From Promethearchaeota archaeon (GTDB lineage: Archaea; Asgardarchaeota; Lokiarchaeia; Sigyniarchaeales; SOKP01), in NCBI GenBank assembly GCA_048938005.1, contig JBHLMQ010000026.1, forward strand, positions 1 through 42,847: a DNA stretch of 42,847 nucleotides. The letters are read 5' to 3'. Position 1 is the stretch's first letter, and each line of letters starts with the position of its first letter. The position numbers and the translations under genes were made by a program. Below are positions 19,784 to 28,898 of this stretch, one piece after another. The notes beneath the pieces were generated by a model, which did not search any database, was not told where the DNA came from, and worked only from the letters and a program-made list of their open reading frames with translations.

Positions 19784-20176
19784 ATGTCAAAAGATTTATT
19801 ATTAGATGTTTTTCAAAAAGCCACTAAAAAAAAAGAAATAGATGATGAATTTATTTCATTCTTAGAAAATATTTTCCCTGGTAAATCTACAAATGTACTT
19901 GATGTATTAAAAAGAGGAATTATTAAATACATATATAAACCTTCAAATAGAATAGTTTGGGCAGCTAAAGGAGAAAATCAAGAGCATATGATTTACCCAA
20001 AATTGTATTGTTCCTGTCAAGATTTCTATAAAAGTGTTGTTATAAAGAAAAAACGTCATTTTTGCAAGCACATCTTAGCTCAAATAATTAGTGATGCTTT
20101 AAATACATACGAAGAAGTTATTTTGGATGATAAGAGATTTAAAGAGTTCGTTAAGGAATTAAAATTGAAGATCTGA
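19784..20176 (+). CDS. SWIM zinc-finger protein
   Basis: YCSCQDF...CKHILA SWIM signature. Confidence 0.85.
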   Translation: MSKDLLLDVFQKATKKKEIDDEFISFLENIFPGKSTNVLDVLKRGIIKYIYKPSNRIVWAAKGENQEHMIYPKLYCSCQDFYKSVVIKKKRHFCKHILAQIISDALNTYEEVILDDKRFKEFVKELKLKI

Positions 20177-20197
20177 GATAAGAACTCTTTTCAAGAT

Positions 20198-20827
20198 TCA
20201 TTTAACAATAATATCTATACGATCCCATTTTTTTAGATATTCATTGAATTCATCAAGGCTTACCTGACGTGGTATTTCTATTTTATTTGTAACTTCTAAT
20301 TTTCTAATCTTAAATATTAATTTCTTGTTTTTTTGGTAAAATTTCTCGGCTTTTGGATACTCTTCTTTAAAAATATTCTTTAATTTTTCTAAGTTCAAAT
20401 TCTCTAATTCAGTATAATTTTGTATTACAAAATTACAAAGAGGATCAATTGATATTGCAAAATTAAAAGCATCAACACGTTTTAGCGATAATGGATATGC
20501 CTGACATGCTAAAGGTTTAGTATCATGAATAGTACACCCATTACTTTCATTATAAAATGGGCATCCTTGAGTCTCATTATCTAATCTAATTCGATATGTT
20601 AGGATTAATATTTTTTTATTTTTAACATCAGGAAACACTAAATCTTCTATAACTTTAAATTCAATATCGCGTTTCTTTGCTATCTCAATCAGATTATCTA
20701 CCTCATCAGGATATAAAGGAATTCTTTTCACATAATCACCAGGAACCTCATGACAGCATGTACCACACAATTTGCACTTGTATTTTAAGGACATTTTTTT
20801 AACAAGGAGAACAATAATTTTTTTCAA
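20198..20827 (-). CDS. YkgJ-family cysteine cluster (Zn/Fe-chelating) protein
   Basis: CKLCGTCC, CPFY....CTIH..KP..C..YP. Probable start MSLKY (about 20794). Confidence 0.88.
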   Translation of the reverse strand: MKKIIVLLVKKMSLKYKCKLCGTCCHEVPGDYVKRIPLYPDEVDNLIEIAKKRDIEFKVIEDLVFPDVKNKKILILTYRIRLDNETQGCPFYNESNGCTIHDTKPLACQAYPLSLKRVDAFNFAISIDPLCNFVIQNYTELENLNLEKLKNIFKEEYPKAEKFYQKNKKLIFKIRKLEVTNKIEIPRQVSLDEFNEYLKKWDRIDIIVK

Positions 20828-20959
20828 AACTGACTTTTCAATAATATGAAAATATTACTTTTACAATAAATCTTGTGTCTACTAGGATAATACATCGTTT
20901 TTAAACTGATAAAATCACCCTATTATTAGGGATACATTTTAATAAATAAGGTTCAAGTT

Positions 20960-21769
20960 ATGGAAGGAATAAGAATTATAAAACATAATAATTTAGCTAA
21001 AGATAATTTTATAAAGCCCATATGTATCATAGGAATGCCAGGGATTGCCGATGTTGGCAAATTTGCTATAGATTCTCTTATTGGACAACTGGATGCCCAA
21101 AACTTGATTGACATCATTTTTAATGATTATCCAGCTGGGGCAATAGTAGATGATAGTCTATTATCTGCTCCTAAAGCTGAAATATTATATTGGAAAGATC
21201 CAAATGAATTAAGAGATATAATATTAATAACCGCTGATGCCCAAAGTCTCACTCCGAAAGGAATATATAAAATATCTAATTTTCTTACTGAAATTATCCA
21301 CCAATATGGAGTAAAATTGATAGTTGCTTTAGGGGCATATCCAGTAAATAGTAGAAAAATAAGTTTAAAGGTTCCTAAAATCTTTATAAGTTCTACAAAT
21401 CGAGAATTATTAGAGAACTATATTAAAGAGAGTAATTGTCAAAAAATTCAGAAAGGAGTAATTATTGGTGCAAATGGTTTAATTCCCACCTTAGCAAAAG
21501 CACGATTTAATATTGAAGGTTTGGTTTTCCTAGCAGAAACAGATAATATTGCCATGATTAATGAAGATATAACTGATTTGAAAGCATCAATTACTCTTTT
21601 AGAAATGCTCAAAAAATCCTTTACTTTACCGATTAAGAAGAAGTATTCATTAGAGAACATTGAGGATATTACAAAAAATCTTCAGATTAAAAGAGATCAA
21701 TTAGAAAAAGATCTTGATACTCTCCAACTTGTCGACACAGATGATAAACGAAAATCATTATATATTTAG
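20960..21769 (+). CDS. PAC2-family proteasome assembly chaperone
   Basis: GMPGIADVGK, ADAQ, IVALGAY, IIGANGL, LAET motifs. Confidence 0.85.
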   Translation: MEGIRIIKHNNLAKDNFIKPICIIGMPGIADVGKFAIDSLIGQLDAQNLIDIIFNDYPAGAIVDDSLLSAPKAEILYWKDPNELRDIILITADAQSLTPKGIYKISNFLTEIIHQYGVKLIVALGAYPVNSRKISLKVPKIFISSTNRELLENYIKESNCQKIQKGVIIGANGLIPTLAKARFNIEGLVFLAETDNIAMINEDITDLKASITLLEMLKKSFTLPIKKKYSLENIEDITKNLQIKRDQLEKDLDTLQLVDTDDKRKSLYI

Positions 21770-21866
21770 GTTATATTTATTTAATAGTTATTTTCTTCTT
21801 AAAAGCTATTTTTTCTTAAAGGAAGTAAGCAAAAAGTATTTTAATTATGGGAAATTTTGATTTAAT

Positions 21867-22016
21867 ATGAAATATGTGTGTGCTAGGAAGAGTTGTGGTA
21901 AGGAAGTTAGTAAAAAAGAATTAAGTGCACTTCCTGGTATCAAATGTTCTCACTGTGGATTTCGAATTCTATATAAAAAGCGACCAGATGTTATAAAACG
22001 AATTAAAGTTCGTTAG
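21867..22016 (+). CDS. rpo12: DNA-directed RNA polymerase subunit Rpo12 (P), 49 aa; absent from the ORF track
   Basis: Manual translation MKYVCARKSCGKEVSKKELSALPGIKCSHCGFRILYKKRPDVIKRIKVR*; C..CG.RILYK.R signature. Confidence 0.95.
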   Translation: MKYVCARKSCGKEVSKKELSALPGIKCSHCGFRILYKKRPDVIKRIKVR

Positions 22017-22080
22017 AGTTTTTTGTTTTAATTTATGCTATATTTTTTCTAATATTTAAAGCGAAAAGAAGAGAATTTTT

Positions 22081-23019
22081 TTAAATATTTATTTCGAAGT
22101 TCAAATGATTAATTAGCTCTTTATATCTATTCCTAATAGTTGCTTCTGTGACTCCCGCTGTTGATGAAATTTCTTTCTGAGTTCTACGTTCTCCTTCTTG
22201 TATTGCAGCAACATATAGAGCTGCTCCTGCAAGGCCAGTTGGTGCTTTTCCTGCAGTGATACGATATTTTTTTGCAAGTTTTAAAATTGAAGCTGCTCTG
22301 TTTTGAGTTTTTCCAGAGAGTTTTAATTCAGCACAAAAGCGTGGAATAAAATTTATTGGAGAGGAGACTTTTATATTTAATTTGAGTTCATTTAGAATTA
22401 ATCTATAACATCGAGCAGCTTTTTTCTTATCTACTGAAGCAAATTCTATAAAGTCATCTAATGTTTTTGGAATGCTATTTAATCTACAAGACAGATAAAT
22501 TGAGGCAATCAACATTGCTTCGATTGATCTTCCCCTAATTAAATTTTTGTTAGCCATTTTTCTATAAATATGAGCGGCCGATTCTTTTAAATCTTTAGAG
22601 AGATTAAGTTGAGAGGAGAATCTATCTAATTCATTCATTGCATAAGCTAAATTTCTATCAATTGACCTGTTGGTTCGAGTCCTTACATGCCATTTTCTTA
22701 ACCGATAAACTTCTGCCTTCATTTTAGGACTAATTGTCTTTCCAAAAGCATCTTTATTCTTCCAACCAATCATAGTACTTAATCCTTTATCATGCAGAGT
22801 TAGAGTAGTAGGGGCACCTACTCTCACTTTTTTATTCGCCTCTTCTGATGTGAAAGCTCGCCATTCAGGGCCTGAATCTATAAGTCTTTGCCGTAGTACT
22901 AAACCACAAACATTACAAACTATGTCACCACGAGAATCATCTGATACTAAATTTTTATTACCACATTCTGGGCATAAATTGAAATTTTTTTGAGGGAATG
23001 AAAGATCCAATAATGCCAA
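22081..23019 (-). CDS. tfb: Transcription initiation factor IIB (TFB)
   Basis: CPECG zinc ribbon, GPEWRAF, LHDKGLST, two cyclin repeats, TEATIRNRYKEL. Confidence 0.97.
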   Translation of the reverse strand: MALLDLSFPQKNFNLCPECGNKNLVSDDSRGDIVCNVCGLVLRQRLIDSGPEWRAFTSEEANKKVRVGAPTTLTLHDKGLSTMIGWKNKDAFGKTISPKMKAEVYRLRKWHVRTRTNRSIDRNLAYAMNELDRFSSQLNLSKDLKESAAHIYRKMANKNLIRGRSIEAMLIASIYLSCRLNSIPKTLDDFIEFASVDKKKAARCYRLILNELKLNIKVSSPINFIPRFCAELKLSGKTQNRAASILKLAKKYRITAGKAPTGLAGAALYVAAIQEGERRTQKEISSTAGVTEATIRNRYKELINHLNFEINI

Positions 23020-23178
23020 CCCTTTAAAAATTCTCTTCTTTAATTTTCATAATTAATCTTGCAAATTTAAATGTTTGCGTTTTAAGGATTTATCCGTTAA
23101 TAAGAAACTCAGTTTATAATTTTTGAATTTCATGTTAAATCGAAATATTTTTATAAGTTTGTTCTTTCTCTTAATATA

Positions 23179-23652
23179 ATGCGACATTATTCTAAGACAC
23201 ATGGAAAGCATTGTTATCTTCGCTCTTTTCAAACTAATTGCCCAAAATGTCATGCTAGTGTATTATATTGGGAATGTGTTCATGGGAGTAAAGTTTTTTT
23301 TGAGTATCCACCTTACGGAAAATTGGTGAAACATTATTGTCGGTATCGTAATGGAAAATTTAATTTAAAGAAAAAAATTCAAATTATTGTAAAAAAACCT
23401 AAAAGATTTCTAAATAATCAATCTCCAAGTTGCCCTGTATGTGGGAAGTTATTTAAAAACAAGGATAGTTTGGAGGACCATTTTGAAAATTCTAAAAAAA
23501 GTGATATTTATCATAAGCTTTTTCTTGATGATAAAATTTCATTTTTAGATGAAAATAAAGAGAATATTCAAAAAGATTTGGACCAAATCGAAACTTATGA
23601 TAGACCCAAATTTGGTAAAATAAATATAAAAAATGAGAATAAAAATGATTAA
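23179..23652 (+). CDS. Hypothetical multi-zinc-finger protein
   Basis: CPKC...C.HGSKVFF...KHYC domain plus C2H2-like CPVCGKLF...LEDH...H. Confidence 0.7.
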   Translation: MRHYSKTHGKHCYLRSFQTNCPKCHASVLYWECVHGSKVFFEYPPYGKLVKHYCRYRNGKFNLKKKIQIIVKKPKRFLNNQSPSCPVCGKLFKNKDSLEDHFENSKKSDIYHKLFLDDKISFLDENKENIQKDLDQIETYDRPKFGKINIKNENKND

Positions 23653-23765
23653 AATTATGTTATCGATAAATTTTTAATAAATTAGTATATAATTATTTTA
23701 TAACAAAACTAAATGACTTAAGAGATTATTTTATTTATTCAGTACCAAAAGAAAGAGGAAAAAAA

Positions 23766-24401
23766 ATGCCAGTAGATGCACAAACTGCAATTTATAATTT
23801 AATGCAAACTGATCCCCATATTATAGCAGCAGCAGTAATTAAAGGAAAAGAAATTATTTATACAACAGATAATTGGGATATTAGTGCAGATGTTGACAGG
23901 GTAGTATCAAGCTGGACTGGACAGAATGCCCAATTTATCATGATTTCCGGTGTTAAGTATTCAGTATTACAAATAGAAGCTGAAAGATTAGTTGCGATGT
24001 CATATAAAGGTGAAGGCAGTATTGTGGCCGCAAAAGATGATGAACACAAATTAATCGCTTATATGGATCCTGATGGATATGCTCTTGGAGCAGCTATGGA
24101 TGTTCAGAGAGCTTTAGGGTCAATGAGCACCAAGACACCTTATATGGATTTAAGTGCTCATTTAGGGCAACCGACAGCAGAAATGGGCCAAGCGACTTCT
24201 ACAGGAGTTACTCCTTCAGTTGGTGTGAGTACAAGTATAGATCCTCAGTTAAAAGGTGAAATTCAGTCATTTTTAGATTGGGTTAAGGATAAAGAGGGTT
24301 TAGCTGGTTATATAAATTATTATCTTCAACAAAATAATACTCAAATAATTTCTGAGTTATCTAAAATTTATAATGAACTAAGACAAATTTTTGGTGTTTA
24401 A
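23766..24401 (+). CDS. Profilin-like protein with C-terminal extension
   Basis: N-terminal ~120 aa follow the Loki profilin pattern (T.NW.IS, I.G.KY, ER.V....GEG.I, LIAY..P), then a Ser/Thr/Gly linker and a helical tail. Confidence 0.8.
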   Translation: MPVDAQTAIYNLMQTDPHIIAAAVIKGKEIIYTTDNWDISADVDRVVSSWTGQNAQFIMISGVKYSVLQIEAERLVAMSYKGEGSIVAAKDDEHKLIAYMDPDGYALGAAMDVQRALGSMSTKTPYMDLSAHLGQPTAEMGQATSTGVTPSVGVSTSIDPQLKGEIQSFLDWVKDKEGLAGYINYYLQQNNTQIISELSKIYNELRQIFGV

Positions 24402-24408
24402 CAAACTT

Positions 24409-24456
24409 ATTAACCAATAAATACATCTGCAAACATCTTTTATTGGTTAATTTTTT
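24409..24456 (+). terminator. 13-bp perfect inverted repeat followed by a T-tract, downstream of the profilin-like gene
   Basis: ATTAACCAATAAA (24409-24421) / TTTATTGGTTAAT (24439-24451), then TTTTT. Confidence 0.5.
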
Positions 24457-24594
24457 GCTATTTTATTTATTTCTTAAGTATTTATTTGGATTTTGATATT
24501 TATAGACAGAAATGATAAATTCGAATTCGAAATATATAAATTTTTATAATTTTAGGTGATCTTAATAATTAGATAATTCAATTTTTACCTAATT

Positions 24595-25098
24595 GTGAGA
24601 CTATTGGTCAAGAAAAATAAAGCTGAGGAAAAGAAAACTTCGATTTTTAAAAAGATTAAAGGATTAATTTCTGGAGAAAAAATAGAAAGAAAAGAAACAG
24701 ATACAAAGTCTTTAGAAAAAGAAGAAGAAATAAAAACAGAATATTCATCAAAAGAAGACCTTGAATTAGACATACCTGTTGTTCCAGAAGCACCTAAGAA
24801 AAAAGAAAAAATAACTTTAGATACCTCAAAATTTTCCACCGATGTGTTAGAAAGAATGAAAAAATTTGAAGCGCCTGATATAAAGGTGGTATTAGTTAAT
24901 TGCGAGCGTTGTAAAGAGGTTATCCCAGTCCCAATTCCAAAAAAAGCAGTCTTGGAATCTGAACTACCTGTAGTCCCCATAAGTTATGTTCATAAAAATC
25001 TAAAAAAGAAAGATCAACACTGTTTAACAATCCATCTTGATCATGATTTTGATGTTCGAAGACAGAGGATCTCTGATGTAGTGATATCTTCTGATTAG
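24595..25098 (+). CDS. Hypothetical protein with putative Zn-binding C-terminal domain
   Basis: Charged N-terminus, then CERC...YVH......HCL..HLD.DF.VRR. Confidence 0.72.
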   Translation: MRLLVKKNKAEEKKTSIFKKIKGLISGEKIERKETDTKSLEKEEEIKTEYSSKEDLELDIPVVPEAPKKKEKITLDTSKFSTDVLERMKKFEAPDIKVVLVNCERCKEVIPVPIPKKAVLESELPVVPISYVHKNLKKKDQHCLTIHLDHDFDVRRQRISDVVISSD

Positions 25099-25188
25099 TA
25101 TTTACTTAAATAACGTAAATATTGGTATAATAAATAATTATTTTATAAGGATACAATTATACCTTAAAAAAACATAATTATCATAAAA

Positions 25189-25554
25189 ATGAAGCACTTA
25201 GCTGAAGATGACATAAAAATTGATGATATAACAATTTATTTAAAGCTTTTTCAGCTACATAAAAGCTTTTTATTATTGATTTCTGATCAATCAAATATGG
25301 GAATTGGCAATGTAACACTTGGAAGTCCTCCAATGATCGAAGGAATAAAACCACCAACTTTATCTTATAATCTATTTGGAATGAATACAAAGTTATTAAG
25401 TACGATTATAGCCGAAAGAGCTTCAAATATACTAAAGGCTCCAGTGCTTCTCCTTTTATTTTTGAAGGGCAAAAAGAAAGATGAAGAAATAATAAAACCT
25501 TTAATGAATTTCCTGAATAAAATTTTAGAAGAAGCACTTAAAAAGTTGGAATAA
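25189..25554 (+). CDS. Putative PAC4-like proteasome assembly chaperone
   Basis: Length and beta/alpha pattern (SFLLLIS...IGNVTLG.P...NLFG...STIIAER....KAPVLL) recall PAC4/PSMG4; judged by eye. Confidence 0.55.
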   Translation: MKHLAEDDIKIDDITIYLKLFQLHKSFLLLISDQSNMGIGNVTLGSPPMIEGIKPPTLSYNLFGMNTKLLSTIIAERASNILKAPVLLLLFLKGKKKDEEIIKPLMNFLNKILEEALKKLE

Positions 25555-25750
25555 TGCAGAGAGTGGGATTTTCGAATAATTGGTCATTCCATTAATTTTT
25601 CGAACCCACGTACTCCTATGAGACCGGATATCTCATCAGAGGTTGTATAATTCAACGGAAATTATATTTATCAGATCTTGAGTCCGACTTATGAGAATTT
25701 TTTCTTCTCAAAAGAGTCCGGCACCGTTGACCAGGCTTGGTTATCTCTGC
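25555..25750 (-). tRNA. tRNA-Leu(CAA) with three introns: 32/33 (25682-25715), 37/38 (25630-25676), 59/60 (25569-25598)
   Basis: GCAGAGA/TCTCTGC acceptor, CCGGA/TCCGG anticodon stem, long variable arm. Removing 34+47+30 nt leaves 85 nt, and each intron forms a BHB-like motif. Confidence 0.92.
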
Positions 25751-25883
25751 ACTTTACAAAATAATATAATTTAATGTCATTATAAATTCTTTCGAAAGTT
25801 TATTAATTTGATATAATTTAAAAAGCCAGCCCATTTAAGAAAAGCTAAAAAAATTAGATTCCAGTTCTCTTTTTAAATCCTAT

Positions 25884-26120
25884 TTAGCCAAAAAATCCTG
25901 GTAAAATCATTACTAGAAACATTACAACTAACATCACTATTAAAAATATACATTGTAATCTTCCTTTTCTCTTCTGTTTCCTCTCTTTTTCAAGATAATT
26001 ATCCCTACAAGCTTGGCTACAAAATTTTTTATCTGTTGGCATTGCTTTGCCGCAAATCGGACAATGACTATGAGGCCCCCATTTTTTTTTAATTTGATCT
26101 TTCCATGAAGTTTGAGACAT
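25884..26120 (-). CDS. DUF2116-like zinc-ribbon membrane protein
   Basis: PHSHCPICG..MP..K.FCS..C plus a C-terminal transmembrane helix. Confidence 0.88.
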   Translation of the reverse strand: MSQTSWKDQIKKKWGPHSHCPICGKAMPTDKKFCSQACRDNYLEKERKQKRKGRLQCIFLIVMLVVMFLVMILPGFFG

Positions 26121-26194
26121 CTTTTAACTCGGTTTTAATGGCGTTATTATAAAATAATAAAATTTTGAAGATTAAAATAATTTATTGAATATTT

Positions 26195-26902
26195 TCAATT
26201 AGAAATAATAGTGCAATTTATATCTTTTTCTCCTTTCCAATATTTCTCAAATTCTTTTAGATCTTTACCAGACATAATTCTGATTTTAATGTTGCTTCTT
26301 TTTAATATTTGTAAAGACACTGCGTCAAAAATACGATATTCTCCAGCTGCCGCTTGCATTTCTCCAGATGCTTTAATAATAATTTCTTGTAATTTATCAT
26401 AAGTTAAGCTTTTTAACAATTTAGCATCTTCAAATTTCTTTGGATCTTTATCATAAATCCCTTCTACATCCGTGAGAATCACTAATTCTTCAGCGTCTAT
26501 AAACTCCGCTACTTCGAGAGCCACCGAAGTTGTAGATTGCCCTGGTTGTAGGCCTCCCATAACTATAATCTTTTCAAATAGTAATGCTGTAGAGAGTTCT
26601 TCTAATGATTTTGGAACTAAGGGATAGGCGAATTCTTGAAAAGCAGAAATTAATAACTTGGCGTTTATTCGAGATAAATCTATTCCAAATGTATCACATA
26701 ATGCTTCATTTCCAGAAAAGGATCTCACAGCATTTATGTATTCTCTTGCAATTTTTCCACCACCACAAACAATAACGTGAGTTCCAAAATATTTCATTTT
26801 TTTAAAGATTTGACAGAAATCTTGAACTTTTTCTTTATTAAGTTCTTTATCTTCAGTAAATAGTAATGATCCACCAATTTTAATTACACTTTTCCCTTTC
26901 AT
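26195..26902 (-). CDS. pyrH: Uridylate kinase (archaeal type)
   Basis: KIGGS, CGGGKIAREYI, GGLQPGQST, TDVEGIYDKDP. Confidence 0.95.
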   Translation of the reverse strand: MKGKSVIKIGGSLLFTEDKELNKEKVQDFCQIFKKMKYFGTHVIVCGGGKIAREYINAVRSFSGNEALCDTFGIDLSRINAKLLISAFQEFAYPLVPKSLEELSTALLFEKIIVMGGLQPGQSTTSVALEVAEFIDAEELVILTDVEGIYDKDPKKFEDAKLLKSLTYDKLQEIIIKASGEMQAAAGEYRIFDAVSLQILKRSNIKIRIMSGKDLKEFEKYWKGEKDINCTIISN

Positions 26903-26971
26903 AATATTTTCATTCTATTTTTCTTTGTATTAAAATATAGTCGATAAGATAAATTAATTTACATAAGATTT

Positions 26972-27934
26972 ATGTCAAAAAGAATTAAAAGAGTTACAAT
27001 TAAGGTACCTCATAGAATATCCGGATTTTTTGAAATAGTTGATAAAATTAATGGCGTTAAAATCAAGGATCCAGAGAGAATTGGTTCTCGAGGAGCGGGT
27101 TTTTGTGTTAATGCTGTGGGAAAAACAGAAATTGTATCTCAAGTAATTGATAGAAATGATGAATTTAAAGTAGAGATTTATATTAATGGGAAGAAGTTAA
27201 ATCAAAAGGCTGAAACTACATATTATATAGTTAATTATGTTAAAAAATTTATCAGAAAATCATACAAAATAGAAATTAATCATTTTTTTGATTTACCAGT
27301 TGGATGTGGATATGGTGGTAGTGGTTCTGGTGCACTTGGTACTATTTTTGGTTTAGATTATTTATTAAACTTAAGATTATCATATCAAGAAAAAGGTCGG
27401 ATCGCTCATATTGCAGAAGTTGTAAATCATACAGGTTTAGGAACTGTTTGTGGTCAATTAAATGGCGGTATGGGCATCTTGAAAGAACCAGGATATCCTT
27501 GTGTATATGAACGAATTAATCCACCAAAAAATTTAAGAATTGTATGTGGTTCCTTTGGAATCATTCATACAAAATCAATTTTAACTGATCCTATTTTAAG
27601 TTTAAGAATAAAGGAAGCGGGTAAAAATGCTCTAAAGAGATTAATAATGAAACCTAACATTAAAACTTTTATCGATGCTTCTATCGAATTTGTAAAAAAT
27701 ACCGAAATACTTGAAATTCTTGAATTATCGAAAGTAAATGAATTAATAAATGATTTAAATAAATTAAATATCATTGGTGCAAGTATGAATCAATTGGGCC
27801 GTTCAGTTTATGCAATATGTAGAGAAGAAGATGAAAAAGAAGTGTTAGACATTTTAGAATCCTATAAACCTAATATAGAAGTATATAATACGTCAATACA
27901 TGATGGAAAATCTATAAAATTAAAGAAGGGATAA
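26972..27934 (+). CDS. Pantoate kinase (GHMP family)
   Basis: PHRISGFF, GSRGAG, PVGCGYGGSG, AH.AEV...TGLG, SMNQLG. Confidence 0.9.
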   Translation: MSKRIKRVTIKVPHRISGFFEIVDKINGVKIKDPERIGSRGAGFCVNAVGKTEIVSQVIDRNDEFKVEIYINGKKLNQKAETTYYIVNYVKKFIRKSYKIEINHFFDLPVGCGYGGSGSGALGTIFGLDYLLNLRLSYQEKGRIAHIAEVVNHTGLGTVCGQLNGGMGILKEPGYPCVYERINPPKNLRIVCGSFGIIHTKSILTDPILSLRIKEAGKNALKRLIMKPNIKTFIDASIEFVKNTEILEILELSKVNELINDLNKLNIIGASMNQLGRSVYAICREEDEKEVLDILESYKPNIEVYNTSIHDGKSIKLKKG

Positions 27935-27953
27935 AAAACTTTTAAAAATCTTT

Positions 27954-28769
27954 TTATTTTGCTGAATTTAAGGATTTTGATTTGATCGTGGCTGCCTCTA
28001 CAGCTCTTATCAATGTGGCTCTTAATTTTGCCGATTCTATTTCGTGAATGGCAGTTATTGTTGTCCCTCCAGGGGTGGCAACCATATCTTTTAATTCTCC
28101 AGGGTGTTTATTCGTTTCTAATAATAATTTTGCTGCACCTAATACAGTTTGAGCTGCTAGTTTTTGTGCTACATCTCTAGGTAAACCCATTTTTACCCCC
28201 CCATCCGCAAGAGCTTCAATAATGATGAAAATATATGCGGGACCACTTCCAGATAAGCCTGTAACTGCATCTAGATGTTTTTCTTCTAATTCTACAACCA
28301 TCCCAACTGCGTTAAAAATTTTTTTTACAAACTCTAATTCTTGTTGATTTATTTTGTTATTATAAGCGATGACAGTAGCTGCAGCTCCAACGAGAGCTGG
28401 GGTATTCGTCATAATCCTTATCAATCCTACATTTTTATCAATAATTTTATTTATGTGATTTAATGAAACTCCTGCCGCTATTGAAATTATAGTTTGCTTT
28501 TCAGTTATAACTGAACTTATTTCTTCTAAAACTTTATTAATTACTTGCGGAATAACTGCGATTAATATATATTTTGAAGATTTAACTAGATCTATGTTGT
28601 TTTGTGCGGGATCTACATTAAATTCAACAGATCGATCTTTAAGGCGAATTTCGTCTATATCATAAATAATTATTTTATTTTCTTCAATTGTTTTAGTATG
28701 TATTAATCTTTTTAATAGAGTTGAGCCAATTTTTCCAATCCCGATTATTCCCAATTCTTTATCATACAT
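27954..28769 (-). CDS. proC: Pyrroline-5-carboxylate reductase
   Basis: GIGKIG, SIAAGV, RIMTNTP, SGSGPAY, TPGGTT. Confidence 0.96.
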   Translation of the reverse strand: MYDKELGIIGIGKIGSTLLKRLIHTKTIEENKIIIYDIDEIRLKDRSVEFNVDPAQNNIDLVKSSKYILIAVIPQVINKVLEEISSVITEKQTIISIAAGVSLNHINKIIDKNVGLIRIMTNTPALVGAAATVIAYNNKINQQELEFVKKIFNAVGMVVELEEKHLDAVTGLSGSGPAYIFIIIEALADGGVKMGLPRDVAQKLAAQTVLGAAKLLLETNKHPGELKDMVATPGGTTITAIHEIESAKLRATLIRAVEAATIKSKSLNSAK

Positions 28770-28898
28770 GATTCTAAATTAATATAAATAGCAATATAAA
28801 TTTATGATTGATTTTTAATAATAAATTGAAAATCGCAGATTTTATTACATATCTGATATGATATATTTGACTCAATTTTTTAGATTATAATAAGGATT

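Noticed and set aside
23020-23050. Frameshift-extended TFB N-terminus via an upstream ATG and TTTAAAG
   Set aside because: The upstream ATG frame stops, and the frame needed for -1 slippage is closed by a stop codon; the TTG start suffices.
25630-25676. Nested intron inside Leu intron 2 (TCTGAT occurs twice)
   Set aside because: No convincing BHB helix could be built around the repeat.
3519-27934. panE, phosphopantothenate synthetase and pantoate kinase as a novel pathway
   Set aside because: This is the established archaeal CoA biosynthesis route.
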